A stretch of 64,000 nt of DNA. Origin: a virus (taxonomy: Duplodnaviria; Caudoviricetes). Positions 48,142 through 57,353 of the stretch are shown in pieces. The notes below the pieces were generated by a model, which did no database searches, was not told where the DNA came from, and worked only from the letters and a program-made list of their open reading frames with translations. Position 1 is the stretch's first letter. Every line of letters begins with the position of its first letter. The position numbers and the translations under genes were made by a program. Where the stretch lies: the IMG/VR virus record IMGVR_UViG_3300043464_001162, positions 23,045 to 87,044 of that record. One strand, 5' to 3'.

Positions 48142-48731
48142 TGAATAAAGGATTACTAATAGAAACTCACTTATTTGAGGCAAAGCTTCAAAAAGAAGAA
48201 AATGGAACTTATTTGGTTAAGGGTATCTTGCAAAGAGCAGGTGCTCCAAATCAAAACCATAGAAGATATCCAAAAGAAATCTTAGAAAGAGAGTGTATGA
48301 AATATGAAACTCTTATTAAAGAAAGAAGAGCATTGGGTGAATTAGACCATCCTGAGTCTCCAGTTATCAACCTAAAGAATGTATCACACAATATTAGAGA
48401 AATTTGGTGGGAAGGTGATGATGTTTGTGGTGTGGTAGAAATTCTTTCAACTCCATCTGGTAATATCTTAAAAGAATTATTGAAGAACAATATTCGTTTA
48501 GGTATTTCATCAAGAGGATTAGGTTCAGTAAAAAATATGAATGATGGGACTGTAATGGTTCAGGAAGACTTTGAATTAGTTGGATGGGACTTTGTATCAA
48601 ATCCGTCAACACATGGTGCATTTATGGCTCCTATGAACGAAAGTAAACAATGGGCAAAAGTAGCTGAGGAATGTGGTAAGTGGTGCAAGTCACAAGATTT
48701 AATGAGAGAAATTATAATAGAATTAAACTAA
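48141..48731 (+). CDS. Prohead protease (T4 gp21-like)
   Basis: NQNHRRYP, ALGELDHP, VSH, TPSG, LGISSRGLGS, DFVSNPST. Confidence 0.95.
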   Translation: MNKGLLIETHLFEAKLQKEENGTYLVKGILQRAGAPNQNHRRYPKEILERECMKYETLIKERRALGELDHPESPVINLKNVSHNIREIWWEGDDVCGVVEILSTPSGNILKELLKNNIRLGISSRGLGSVKNMNDGTVMVQEDFELVGWDFVSNPSTHGAFMAPMNESKQWAKVAEECGKWCKSQDLMREIIIELN

Positions 48732-48735
48732 TAAG

Positions 48736-49146
48736 ATGATAAAGTTAAAAGATTTAATGAAAGAAAATGAAGAATTTCAACAATTGCCTTCAAACTTAAA
48801 GAAGCATTTTTTGGAAATTATTTCAACATATGGTCAACACAGAGAAGGAATAAGTAGAAAATCTGACATTAGACAAGTTGCAGAAACATTAGGTGCAATT
48901 GCAGACGCTGCACAAGAATACACTTTGAGAGAAGGTGATGATTGGTTTGATAGAGTGACTATTAAAAGAAACATGGGTGAATTGAAAAAACTACAAGGTG
49001 CATTTGAAAAAGAAGCTAAAGAAGCATCTCAACAACAACAAAGATTGGAAGCACTTTATGAAGATATGGGAAATGTATTGGGTAGATATTTTGAAATTGC
49101 AGACATTTCTGAAGATGTTATGAAAGAAAGATTAGGAATAAAATAA
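48736..49146 (+). CDS. Hypothetical head-cluster protein
   Basis: MIKLKDLMKE leader, coiled-coil character. Confidence 0.6.
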   Translation: MIKLKDLMKENEEFQQLPSNLKKHFLEIISTYGQHREGISRKSDIRQVAETLGAIADAAQEYTLREGDDWFDRVTIKRNMGELKKLQGAFEKEAKEASQQQQRLEALYEDMGNVLGRYFEIADISEDVMKERLGIK

Positions 49147-49155
49147 AAAAACAAA

Positions 49156-49527
49156 TTGGAACAATTAGCATCATTATTATTACATAGTAGAACACAGGCA
49201 CATTCGTTTCATTTAGGACAAAGAGGTGTTGGTTCTTTATCTGCACATTTAGCATTGGGAGCATACTACGATTCAATTGGTGGTTTGGTAGATGGTTTAG
49301 TAGAAGCATATCAAGGACAATATGGTTTAATCAAATTACAACCTGTTAGTGGTTTAGATACAAACAATGATGTCAAAAATGTAATCAGTTATTTCGACAA
49401 ATTGATTGCAGCAGTTGCAAAATTGAGACAAGACAAAAAATTACAAATGAGTTGGTTACAAAACGACATAGATACGGTTGTAACTTTATTATACTCAACA
49501 AAATATAAATTGGTTAATTTACAATAG
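49156..49527 (+). CDS. Ferritin/Dps-like four-helix-bundle protein (TTG start)
   Basis: QAHSFH, AHLAL..YY...D.LVEAYQG, Dps-like His/Asp/Glu spacing; terminal YKL. Confidence 0.6.
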   Translation: MEQLASLLLHSRTQAHSFHLGQRGVGSLSAHLALGAYYDSIGGLVDGLVEAYQGQYGLIKLQPVSGLDTNNDVKNVISYFDKLIAAVAKLRQDKKLQMSWLQNDIDTVVTLLYSTKYKLVNLQ

Positions 49528-49531
49528 AAGG

Positions 49532-49708
49532 ATGTTAATAGTTAGTGTTAAAGGTGGAAATATAGAGTGGGCATTAAAGGACTATAAAAGAAAAGTTCAG
49601 TCCACAAAACAAATAGAAGAACTTAGAGATAGAAAGAATTTTACTAAACCCTCTAAGAGAAAACGGTTACAAAGAGAAGAAACTATAAGAAAAAACAAAT
49701 TATTTTAG
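49532..49708 (+). CDS. rpsU: Phage-encoded 30S ribosomal protein bS21 (58 aa; not in ORF track)
   Basis: MLIVSVKGGNIEWALKDYKRKVQSTKQIEELRDRKNFTKPSKRKRLQREETIRKNKLF: I..ALK.YKRK and ELR.R..F.KPS..KR bS21 signatures. Confidence 0.9.
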   Translation: MLIVSVKGGNIEWALKDYKRKVQSTKQIEELRDRKNFTKPSKRKRLQREETIRKNKLF

Positions 49709-49726
49709 TAGTTTTCTTTAGTTTTC
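49709..49726. repeat. TAGTTTTCTT direct repeat (putative RHH operator)
   Basis: TAGTTTTCTTTAGTTTTC; first 17 nt identical to 8450-8466. Confidence 0.55.
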
Positions 49727-49738
49727 TAAAAAATTTAC

Positions 49739-49746
49739 ATATTTAT
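49739..49746 (+). promoter_or_regulatory. Putative late promoter ATATTTAT for the scaffold/capsid operon
   Basis: Recurrent motif at the start of a ~150-nt leader. Confidence 0.55.
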
Positions 49747-49754
49747 TATCAAAT

Positions 49755-49890
49755 ATCTCATTTTTTATTATGAGATTATAAGACATCGTTGGTTAATGAA
49801 TACCCTTCTCTATAAGGTGTGACCGAACAACCAACATAATTACATTGGAGTTTCTTATACGAAATAACTTCACAAACAAAACATAAGGAG
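49755..49890 (+). promoter_or_regulatory. Structured 5' leader ending in Shine-Dalgarno TAAGGAG
   Basis: Stems 49755-61/49770-76, 49777-83/49853-59, 49788-94/49829-35; TAAGGAG 49884-49890, 8 nt before ATG. Confidence 0.5.
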
Positions 49891-49898
49891 AAAACAAG

Positions 49899-51128
49899 AT
49901 GGCAAATTCAAAATTATTGAAAGAAGCAATCGCTGACGCTAAAGCCGTTAAAGAAACTGCATTAGCTAACGCAAAATTGGCTCTTGAAGAGGCTTTCACT
50001 CCAAGACTTCAATCTATTTTAAGTCAAAAGCTACAAGCTGAGGCAGAAATGGAAGATGAAGAGAAGGATGAAACTAATGAAGAGTTAAGCTCAACTGGTA
50101 TCGGGTCTAAAGTAGACGGTGGATACGCTGAGACTCCAGGTTCACAACCAACTTTAGATGCAATGACTGATTTATCAGTTGGTGTAAAAAAAGATGCTGG
50201 AAAACCTGAACAAGCTGGTACTGACTATAAGAAAGTAGCAGACATTTCTGAAGAAGAAAATCCTTTCGCTGATGACGCAGCTGGTGATGACAAAGATGCA
50301 AAAATTGCAGAATTGGAATCTAGAATTGCAGAATTAGAAGGTGGTGATTCAACTGAAGACGAAATGGGTGGAGATGATGAAATGAACATGGATGACATGG
50401 GTATGGATTCAACTGACGACCAAATGGGTGATGATTCTATGGATATGGATTCATCTGATGAAGAATCAGAAGATGATATGGACTTAGAAGCAATCATCAG
50501 AGAATTAGAAGCACAATTGGAAGGTGACGACCAAATGGATGCAACTGAAGAACCGGCAATGGACGAAGCTAAAGAAGATGAAGAATCTAAAATGGATGAG
50601 GCTAAAGAAGATGAAGAATCTAAAGTAGACGAAGCTAAAGAAGATGAAGAAAAATCTGAAATGGACGAAGTTATTGACTTGGAAGAAATCTTAAGAGAAA
50701 TGGAAGCTGACTTAACAAACGAAGCTGAAGAATCTAAAGATGACGAAAAAGAAGAAGAATTGAAAGAAGCATATTCTACAATTAAATCTTTACAAAAAAC
50801 TATTAACGAAGTAAACTTATTAAACGCTAAGTTATTATTCGCTAATAAATTATTCAGAGCTCACAACATGACTAACGAACAAAAAGTGAAAGTGATTGAA
50901 ACTTTGGATAGAACAAACTCAGTAAGAGAAGTTAAATTGGTTTACTCTACATTAGCAGAGAATTTCAAATATACTTCAATTTCTAAAACAGCTAAAAAAT
51001 CAATCACAGAAGGTATTGCTTCTAAAGTAGTTAAATCAACTGCTCCAAAGACTGAAGTTAAGCAAGTAATTGCTGAATCTGCAGACTTCTCTGATAGATT
51101 TAAGAAATTAGCAGGTATCATTAAATAA
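49899..51128 (+). CDS. Prohead scaffolding protein
   Basis: Very acidic, coiled coil, directly upstream of capsid; LLKEAIADAKAV start, KKLAGI end. Confidence 0.85.
   Translation: MANSKLLKEAIADAKAVKETALANAKLALEEAFTPRLQSILSQKLQAEAEMEDEEKDETNEELSSTGIGSKVDGGYAETPGSQPTLDAMTDLSVGVKKDAGKPEQAGTDYKKVADISEEENPFADDAAGDDKDAKIAELESRIAELEGGDSTEDEMGGDDEMNMDDMGMDSTDDQMGDDSMDMDSSDEESEDDMDLEAIIRELEAQLEGDDQMDATEEPAMDEAKEDEESKMDEAKEDEESKVDEAKEDEEKSEMDEVIDLEEILREMEADLTNEAEESKDDEKEEELKEAYSTIKSLQKTINEVNLLNAKLLFANKLFRAHNMTNEQKVKVIETLDRTNSVREVKLVYSTLAENFKYTSISKTAKKSITEGIASKVVKSTAPKTEVKQVIAESADFSDRFKKLAGIIK
50559..50660 (+). repeat. 33-nt coding tandem repeat (MDEAKEDEESK x3)
   Basis: Visible in DNA and protein. Confidence 0.8.
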
Positions 51129-51153
51129 ACAAAAACAAATAAATTCATTAAAA

Positions 51154-52773
51154 ATGGACTTAAAACAAATTATGACTGGCGCAAACCCTCAATCAGTAAT
51201 GCTTGAGCAAACAAGAGGTTTGAAAGCTAAGTGGGAAAAAACAGGATTGTTAGAGAACGCAGGTTCAGAAACAACTAAGCATGGTATGGCAGTAATGTTA
51301 GAAAACCAAGCAAAACAATTATTAGACGAAGCTACAAGAACAGGTACATCTGCAGGTTCTGAAGAGTGGGCTGGTGTGGCATTACCATTGGTAAGAAGAG
51401 TTTTCGGAAGCATCGCTTCTAAAGAATTCGTTTCTGTACAACCAATGAACTTGCCTTCAGGTCTTATCTTCTACATGGACTTTAAATATGGTTCAAACCC
51501 AGCGGGTAATCCAAACTTTACTGGTTCTTCATTGTTCGGTAATAGTGGAACTTTTGGTAAAGATTCTTTAGATGCAAACACAAACAAATTAGGTTCAACT
51601 CAAGCAGCTGAAGGTGGTTTGTATGGTGCAGGTAGATTCGGATACACTATCAATAATCAAACATCTGCTGTAGTTGCAACTATTGCTTCTGCATCTTTAG
51701 CAGACCTTTCTTATGATTTATCTGATTCTACTGTTTCTGCATCTTATGCAGCTGACAAATTAAGAAAATTAACGGTAGCATTACCTGCAGGTGCAGATTG
51801 GAATGGTGTAAGAGCATTTGAATTAATTCATTCTGGTTCTGGATATGTAACAATTCCTGAATTGACGGTTAAAAATGGTTCAAACGTATCATTTGTTGCA
51901 TCGTATACTTCGGCTAACCCATTAGCAGGTTTTGCAACAGTTGGTACAACTTTGTATTACCACGCTCAACCTACAGCAGCTTTAAGAGGTGACTTCGAAG
52001 ATAGAGGTAATGATTTAGCTATCCCAGAAATCGAATTAGAATTGAAATCTGAGCCTATCGTTGCTAAGACAAGAAAATTAAAAGCTATTTGGACTCCTGA
52101 ATTAGCTCAAGACTTAAACGCTTACCATAGTGTAGACGCTGAAGCTGAGTTAACTCAAATGTTGTCTGAGTACATCTCTTTAGAAATCGACTTAGAAATC
52201 TTAGAAATGTTACAACAAAATGCTTTCACAACTGACTACTGGTCTTCTAAAGTAGGATATGACTGGAATGGTGCTGGATTCTCTATTGATTCTTCAGCAG
52301 CAGCAGCATCTGCTTACACTAAGAGTACTTGGTATCAAACTTTAGGTATCAAATTACAAAAGGTATCTAACAAAATCCATCAGTTAACAATGAGAGGTGG
52401 TGCTAACTTCGTAGTAGTATCTCCAAACGTTGCAACTATATTGGAATCAATGAATGGTTTCTCTGCTAACCCAGGTAAAGACGCTTTATCTTTCGCAGCA
52501 GGTGTTTCTAACATCGGTTCTATCTCTAACAGATATGACGTTTACAAAAACCCATACATGACTGAGAACGTATTATTAATGGGCTTCAAAGGTTCTAACT
52601 TCTTCGAAACAGGAGCAGTTTACGCACCATATGTACCATTGATTATGACTCCATTAGTTTATGACCCAACTAACTTCACTCCAAGAAGAGGTGTTATGAC
52701 TAGATATGCTAAGAAAATCGTAAGACCTGAGTTCTACGGTAAGATTATCATTGATGGTTTAGACACTCTTTAA
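51154..52773 (+). CDS. Major capsid protein (T4 gp23-like)
   Basis: LENQ, PLVRR, VQPM..PSGLIF, KTRKLKA.WTPELAQDL.AYH.VDAEAEL, YAPYVPL, MTRY. Confidence 0.97.
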   Translation: MDLKQIMTGANPQSVMLEQTRGLKAKWEKTGLLENAGSETTKHGMAVMLENQAKQLLDEATRTGTSAGSEEWAGVALPLVRRVFGSIASKEFVSVQPMNLPSGLIFYMDFKYGSNPAGNPNFTGSSLFGNSGTFGKDSLDANTNKLGSTQAAEGGLYGAGRFGYTINNQTSAVVATIASASLADLSYDLSDSTVSASYAADKLRKLTVALPAGADWNGVRAFELIHSGSGYVTIPELTVKNGSNVSFVASYTSANPLAGFATVGTTLYYHAQPTAALRGDFEDRGNDLAIPEIELELKSEPIVAKTRKLKAIWTPELAQDLNAYHSVDAEAELTQMLSEYISLEIDLEILEMLQQNAFTTDYWSSKVGYDWNGAGFSIDSSAAAASAYTKSTWYQTLGIKLQKVSNKIHQLTMRGGANFVVVSPNVATILESMNGFSANPGKDALSFAAGVSNIGSISNRYDVYKNPYMTENVLLMGFKGSNFFETGAVYAPYVPLIMTPLVYDPTNFTPRRGVMTRYAKKIVRPEFYGKIIIDGLDTL

Positions 52774-52814
52774 TCTTTGAGTAGATTAGATAAGTAATAG
52801 ACTTACAATAAAAG

Positions 52815-52852
52815 AAAAAGGGAGAGTAGAAATACTTTCCCTTTTTTGTTTT
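52815..52852 (+). terminator. Intrinsic terminator after capsid gene
   Basis: AAAAAGGGAGAGTA-GAAA-TACTTTCCCTTTTTT. Confidence 0.85.
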
Positions 52853-52861
52853 ATATTTATA
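52853..52861 (+). promoter_or_regulatory. Putative late promoter motif ATATTTATA
   Basis: Immediately follows a terminator. Confidence 0.6.
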
Positions 52862-52876
52862 GTAAATTATAATACA

Positions 52877-53536
52877 ATGTCATACCCTGAACCACGTTAT
52901 CATAGACAAGAAACTGCAAAAGAATATACAAAAATTTATACATTACGACAAGAAGATGGTATGTTGGGATATATTTCAGCAGGCCAATTTGCAACAACCG
53001 GGTCAAACGAATTAATAGGAACACAAATTATAAGTGGTAGTTTACAATTGAGTGGTTCGTTATATGTTAATGGTCATAAACAATATAATTATGGCCAATT
53101 CTACGATTTAAATTCACAAAGCGGTTCATCTGGTTCTATTCAATCAATGCAAATTAGAACGACAGACTTATCAAACGGAGTATCAATAGTAAGTGGTTCA
53201 CAAATAAAAGTAGAAAATGCAGGAGTTTATAATTTACAATTTAGTGCTCAATTAGAAAATACTGCAAATGTTAATATAGTATTTTATATTTGGTTTGCAA
53301 AAAACGGAGAAAATATTCCAAATTCAAACACACATGTTGATGTTGCAAAAGCACAATCGGCACATTTGGGTAAACAAGTAGCTGCTTGGAATTTTATATT
53401 TGATTTGGAAGCAAACGATTATGTTCAAATAAAATGGTCGTCTGATAATAATGGTGGAATATTACATTATGATGCAGGAACACCATCAATTCCAGGAACA
53501 CCATCGGTAATTACAACGATTACACAGATAGCATAA
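52877..53536 (+). CDS. Putative capsid decoration/fibre protein (C1q/BclA-C-like jelly roll)
   Basis: FATTGSN, AGVYNLQFSAQL, WFAKNG, LEANDYVQI, PSVITTITQI. Confidence 0.55.
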   Translation: MSYPEPRYHRQETAKEYTKIYTLRQEDGMLGYISAGQFATTGSNELIGTQIISGSLQLSGSLYVNGHKQYNYGQFYDLNSQSGSSGSIQSMQIRTTDLSNGVSIVSGSQIKVENAGVYNLQFSAQLENTANVNIVFYIWFAKNGENIPNSNTHVDVAKAQSAHLGKQVAAWNFIFDLEANDYVQIKWSSDNNGGILHYDAGTPSIPGTPSVITTITQIA

Positions 53537-53554
53537 CATTCTTTTTTTATTCTT

Positions 53555-53563
53555 ATATTTATA
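53555..53563 (+). promoter_or_regulatory. Putative late promoter motif ATATTTATA
   Basis: Recurrent intergenic motif. Confidence 0.55.
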
Positions 53564-53588
53564 GTAGTAAAACTATAAATTTTAAGTA

Positions 53589-54800
53589 ATGTCTGTAAAC
53601 ACATATTGGACGGGTTCATCTGCATCAGAATTTTCATCATCGGTCGTATTATCAATTGCAACTCCATTTGGATTGTATGATAGTGATACTGATTTTAGAA
53701 ACGATGCTCCAAAAACAGCAACTTGGGTAGCTAGAAGATTGGGTTATCCTATTGTAAATATTGAATTAGATAATCAACAAATTTGGGCATGTTTTGAAGA
53801 ATCAGTTTCCGAATATTCCGCACAAGTTAATCAATTTAATATTAGAAATAATATTGACATTCTAAGAGGACAACCTAAAGGTAAAGTTTCAAATTATTCA
53901 CAAACACTTGTAGATGGTTCATTTTTACCAACTGCAGTTCGTATGTCTCAACAATATGGAACTTTGGCAGGAGTTGGTGGTAATACTGCAGTTAAAAAGG
54001 CATATGTAAATTTAACATCATCTGTTCAAATATATGATTTAATAAATAATGCATATGATGCAACAACTGGAAATAGTATTTCATCATCGTTATCAGGTTC
54101 AGCATCGACAATAGATGTATTCAAAGTATATCATGAAGCAGTTCCTGCAATTACAAGATTCTTTGACCCATATTCAGTAGGTGCACAAGGTACATTGAAT
54201 TTAATGAGTGAATTAGGATTTGGTAATTTTTCACCTGCTGCACAATTCTTAATGATGCCAATATATGAGGATGTATTGAGAATGCAACAAATTGAATTTA
54301 ATGACCATATTAGAAAATCAACATTTAGTTTTAATATAGTAGATAATAAATTAGAAATATTTCCAGTTCCAACTGGTATGGGAAAAACCAGAGTTTATTT
54401 TGAATATATTAGTAGAGATGAATTTGAACACGATTCACAAACCATTCAAGCTGATTCACTTTCCGACTATTCCGACATTCCATATGATTTTATTCAATAT
54501 GCAAGTATAAATGATGTGGGTAAACAATGGATTAGAAAATATACTTTAGCACTTGCAAAAGAATTATTAGGAGCAATTAGAGAAAAGTATAGTTCAGTTC
54601 CAATTCCAGATGGTGAATTACAATTAGATGGTGCAGCATTGAGAGCAGAAGCTCAAGTTGAGAAAGATATGTTAGTTGAACAACTTAGAGGAAATTTAGA
54701 AGAAATGAGTAGAAAAAATGTGATGGAAAATAAAGCACATGAATCTACACACCACCAAGAGATGTTAAGAAAAGTTCCTTTAAAATTATATGTAGGATAA
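53589..54800 (+). CDS. Neck/head-tail adaptor (T4 gp13-like)
   Basis: RRLGYPIVNIELD..Q, WIRKYTLALAKELLG.IR.KY..P.....LDG. Confidence 0.8.
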   Translation: MSVNTYWTGSSASEFSSSVVLSIATPFGLYDSDTDFRNDAPKTATWVARRLGYPIVNIELDNQQIWACFEESVSEYSAQVNQFNIRNNIDILRGQPKGKVSNYSQTLVDGSFLPTAVRMSQQYGTLAGVGGNTAVKKAYVNLTSSVQIYDLINNAYDATTGNSISSSLSGSASTIDVFKVYHEAVPAITRFFDPYSVGAQGTLNLMSELGFGNFSPAAQFLMMPIYEDVLRMQQIEFNDHIRKSTFSFNIVDNKLEIFPVPTGMGKTRVYFEYISRDEFEHDSQTIQADSLSDYSDIPYDFIQYASINDVGKQWIRKYTLALAKELLGAIREKYSSVPIPDGELQLDGAALRAEAQVEKDMLVEQLRGNLEEMSRKNVMENKAHESTHHQEMLRKVPLKLYVG

Positions 54801-54801
54801 T

Positions 54802-55257
54802 ATGCCAAAATTTGCAGTCGGTAGAGATATCGAATTATTTAAGAGTTTTGCCAGAGAAGTGGTAGACGATGTTGTAGAAAACATTGCAGTTTTGTTTAAA
54901 GTAAATTTGAATGAAACTAAAGTAAACCTATATGGTGAATCTACAAATAAAACATGGTATCCAGGAGTAGAATTAAATGTACTAATCAACAAATCAGGCC
55001 AATCTGCAGGATATGAAGGATTTGGTTCGGATGTATCACAAAATGTAGAATTTAGATTTGATAGATGGATGTTAGAGGAAAAAAATACATACCCAGAAAT
55101 TGGTGATATCATTTTCTTTGACCAATCTTATTATGAAATCGATAACACTACTGAAGTTCAATATGTAGGTGGATTACCATCTAACAATTTTAGTGTAGTA
55201 TGTTCTACATTTATGGTAAGAAAATCGTCTTTAAACATTGAAGAAAGAGTAAAATAA
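54802..55257 (+). CDS. Neck/head-closure protein (T4 gp14-like)
   Basis: NLYGES, PEIGDII, YYEI; position after the gp13-like gene. Confidence 0.65.
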   Translation: MPKFAVGRDIELFKSFAREVVDDVVENIAVLFKVNLNETKVNLYGESTNKTWYPGVELNVLINKSGQSAGYEGFGSDVSQNVEFRFDRWMLEEKNTYPEIGDIIFFDQSYYEIDNTTEVQYVGGLPSNNFSVVCSTFMVRKSSLNIEERVK

Positions 55258-55258
55258 T

Positions 55259-56371
55259 ATGTCTACAAACCCACTTAGGAAAGACCTAAATAGAGCAGAG
55301 CAAGTCAAAGTTACTAAACAAGATTTGAAACAGAGTGTATCTCTTTTTGATATAGACTATGCAATGATGTCTTATTTAGAAGAAACTGCATTACCAAAAT
55401 TGGACGATAATGGTAAGTCAATAAGTATACCAGTTATCTATGGTAATTCGGAAAGATGGAAGGGTGCACAAAGAGATGGTATTTTTAGAGATAACAAAGG
55501 TAGAATACAATTACCCTTAATGATGATTCGTAGAAACTCAATCTCAAAAGATGAGTCTATGCCAATGTTAAATCGTCATGTGTCATACCCAACGGTTACT
55601 AAATGGTCTAAGGATAATAGATACGATAGATTTAGTTTATTAGGTTCTGCAGTAAAACCAAAATATGAATTGTATAATATAACAATGCCTCAATATGTGG
55701 AAGTTACTTATCAATGTATGGCTTGGACTGCATATACTGAACATTTAAATAAGGTAATAGAACAATTACAATTTGCAGGTAGTTTCTGGGGAGATAAAGA
55801 TAAATTCAAATTCAAAGTAACTATGTCCGATTTTGAAGTTATAAACGAAGTTGGAGAAGGAACGGAAAGAATAAATAGAATTGAATTTTCATTAGCAGTT
55901 AAAGCATATTTACTTCCAGAAAAATTTGACGGAGAAAATACTATTAAAAAGTCATTCTCAACTAAAAGAGTTGTTATGTCTACGGAAGTTGATATTACAA
56001 GTGGTACTGGTAGATTAGAAGGAATATTGACTACACCATCACCATACTACGACAATAAAGATTTAATTGATTACTTATCAATTAACAATAACTTGTCACA
56101 AAACCCAACAATGGATAATACTATAACATTTCAAAATATAAAGTTAATTGCAACACCAACAACATTATCCTATGTGGTGACATCCGGTGTCGATATTGAT
56201 GATGTGTTATATGATTTGAAACTTTATATAAATGGTGTAAGATATTATGACCAAACACATTTTACTGCATCTTATTCTAATTATAATTTGACATTTAATT
56301 TTACTACACCATTTGATGTAGATAGTGGGGATGAAATTGTAATTGTAGGTAAATTTATTGAATTAACATAA
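55259..56371 (+). CDS. Tail terminator/sheath stabiliser (T4 gp15-like) with C-terminal extension
   Basis: IPVIYG..ERW, LPLM.I.R, P.YV.VTY; neck-gene context. Confidence 0.6.
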   Translation: MSTNPLRKDLNRAEQVKVTKQDLKQSVSLFDIDYAMMSYLEETALPKLDDNGKSISIPVIYGNSERWKGAQRDGIFRDNKGRIQLPLMMIRRNSISKDESMPMLNRHVSYPTVTKWSKDNRYDRFSLLGSAVKPKYELYNITMPQYVEVTYQCMAWTAYTEHLNKVIEQLQFAGSFWGDKDKFKFKVTMSDFEVINEVGEGTERINRIEFSLAVKAYLLPEKFDGENTIKKSFSTKRVVMSTEVDITSGTGRLEGILTTPSPYYDNKDLIDYLSINNNLSQNPTMDNTITFQNIKLIATPTTLSYVVTSGVDIDDVLYDLKLYINGVRYYDQTHFTASYSNYNLTFNFTTPFDVDSGDEIVIVGKFIELT

Positions 56372-56700
56372 TGAAAAGAACATTATTAGATATAACTCAA
56401 AAGATGTTCAGAAAACCTGGAAATGCAATATTAACTCCAAAAGATTTATCACATCCTGATTATTGGATTTTTGAAGCTACTGGTTGGAGATTTGTAGATA
56501 TATTGAGAGAAATAGAATTAAGAGAATCACAAGATAGATTAAGGGTTTATATAAATACTCAAAACATAAGTGCAAGAGATTATATAGTTGAACAGGGTGG
56601 TACTGGATTGTTATTGAAATTTAAAAGAGATAGTTTTGGATATCAATTGGACTCACAAGATTTTATTGAAATTAAAGGTGACATAGAAAGATATGCTTAG
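56371..56700 (+). CDS. Hypothetical virion protein
   Basis: Overlapping stop/start; VYIN motif like the C-terminus of the preceding ORF. Confidence 0.55.
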   Translation: MKRTLLDITQKMFRKPGNAILTPKDLSHPDYWIFEATGWRFVDILREIELRESQDRLRVYINTQNISARDYIVEQGGTGLLLKFKRDSFGYQLDSQDFIEIKGDIERYA

Positions 56701-57337
56701 ACAATTTAATTCAAATAGTAGAAAACTAAATAGAGTAATCAAACAAATCAATTTAAACAATTTGAGTGGTTCTGGATATTTGGATAATATATTAAGTGAT
56801 TATACTTCACAAATAAATTTTTCGGCATCAATAGACGGAAGGGGAACTATATTAAATCCACTATCAGAAATAGAAACTGGTTCTGCCGGTCAAAATGGTT
56901 ATTCAAATTTACCAAATGAATTAAGTGCATCGATTGAATATGTGTACAAACCATCATTTGATGCAAGAATACCGACTAAATTTAGTAGTAGAACAAAATC
57001 AAATCAAAATTCTATTAAATTAGTAAATAATAAAAATAAAATAAATAATTTTTATCAAGAGATATTACAACATAGTGCAAGAATGGTTGAAAGACAAATT
57101 GACGAATTTAACAACTCAGAAAATACACTTACAATTTACAATGTTAGTTTAGATTATGGAACCGAAGGTGCATCATCGGATAACTTTGAAGTTTTAGTTT
57201 ATGGTTTACATATTCCTGGAGATTATACCATTACCCAAATTGGAAATAATGTAGTTGTAAAATTGAATGATGAATATATAGATTTTGATTCTGTCACAAT
57301 AAATGATATTTATGTTATAGGCAAATTAAAAGAATAA
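56693..57337 (+). CDS. Hypothetical virion protein
   Basis: Operon context; SGS/SAS/TGS motifs; C-terminal IYVIGK like neighbours. Confidence 0.55.
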   Translation: MLRQFNSNSRKLNRVIKQINLNNLSGSGYLDNILSDYTSQINFSASIDGRGTILNPLSEIETGSAGQNGYSNLPNELSASIEYVYKPSFDARIPTKFSSRTKSNQNSIKLVNNKNKINNFYQEILQHSARMVERQIDEFNNSENTLTIYNVSLDYGTEGASSDNFEVLVYGLHIPGDYTITQIGNNVVVKLNDEYIDFDSVTINDIYVIGKLKE

Positions 57338-57353
57338 AAGATATTTATAAATA

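Noticed and set aside
49525-49534. AGAAGG before the bS21 ATG as a Shine-Dalgarno
   Set aside because: It abuts the start codon with no spacer
41675-52773. Introns, inteins or homing endonucleases in terminase, portal or capsid genes
   Set aside because: Frames are continuous and of normal length, with no intein or LAGLIDADG/HNH motifs seen
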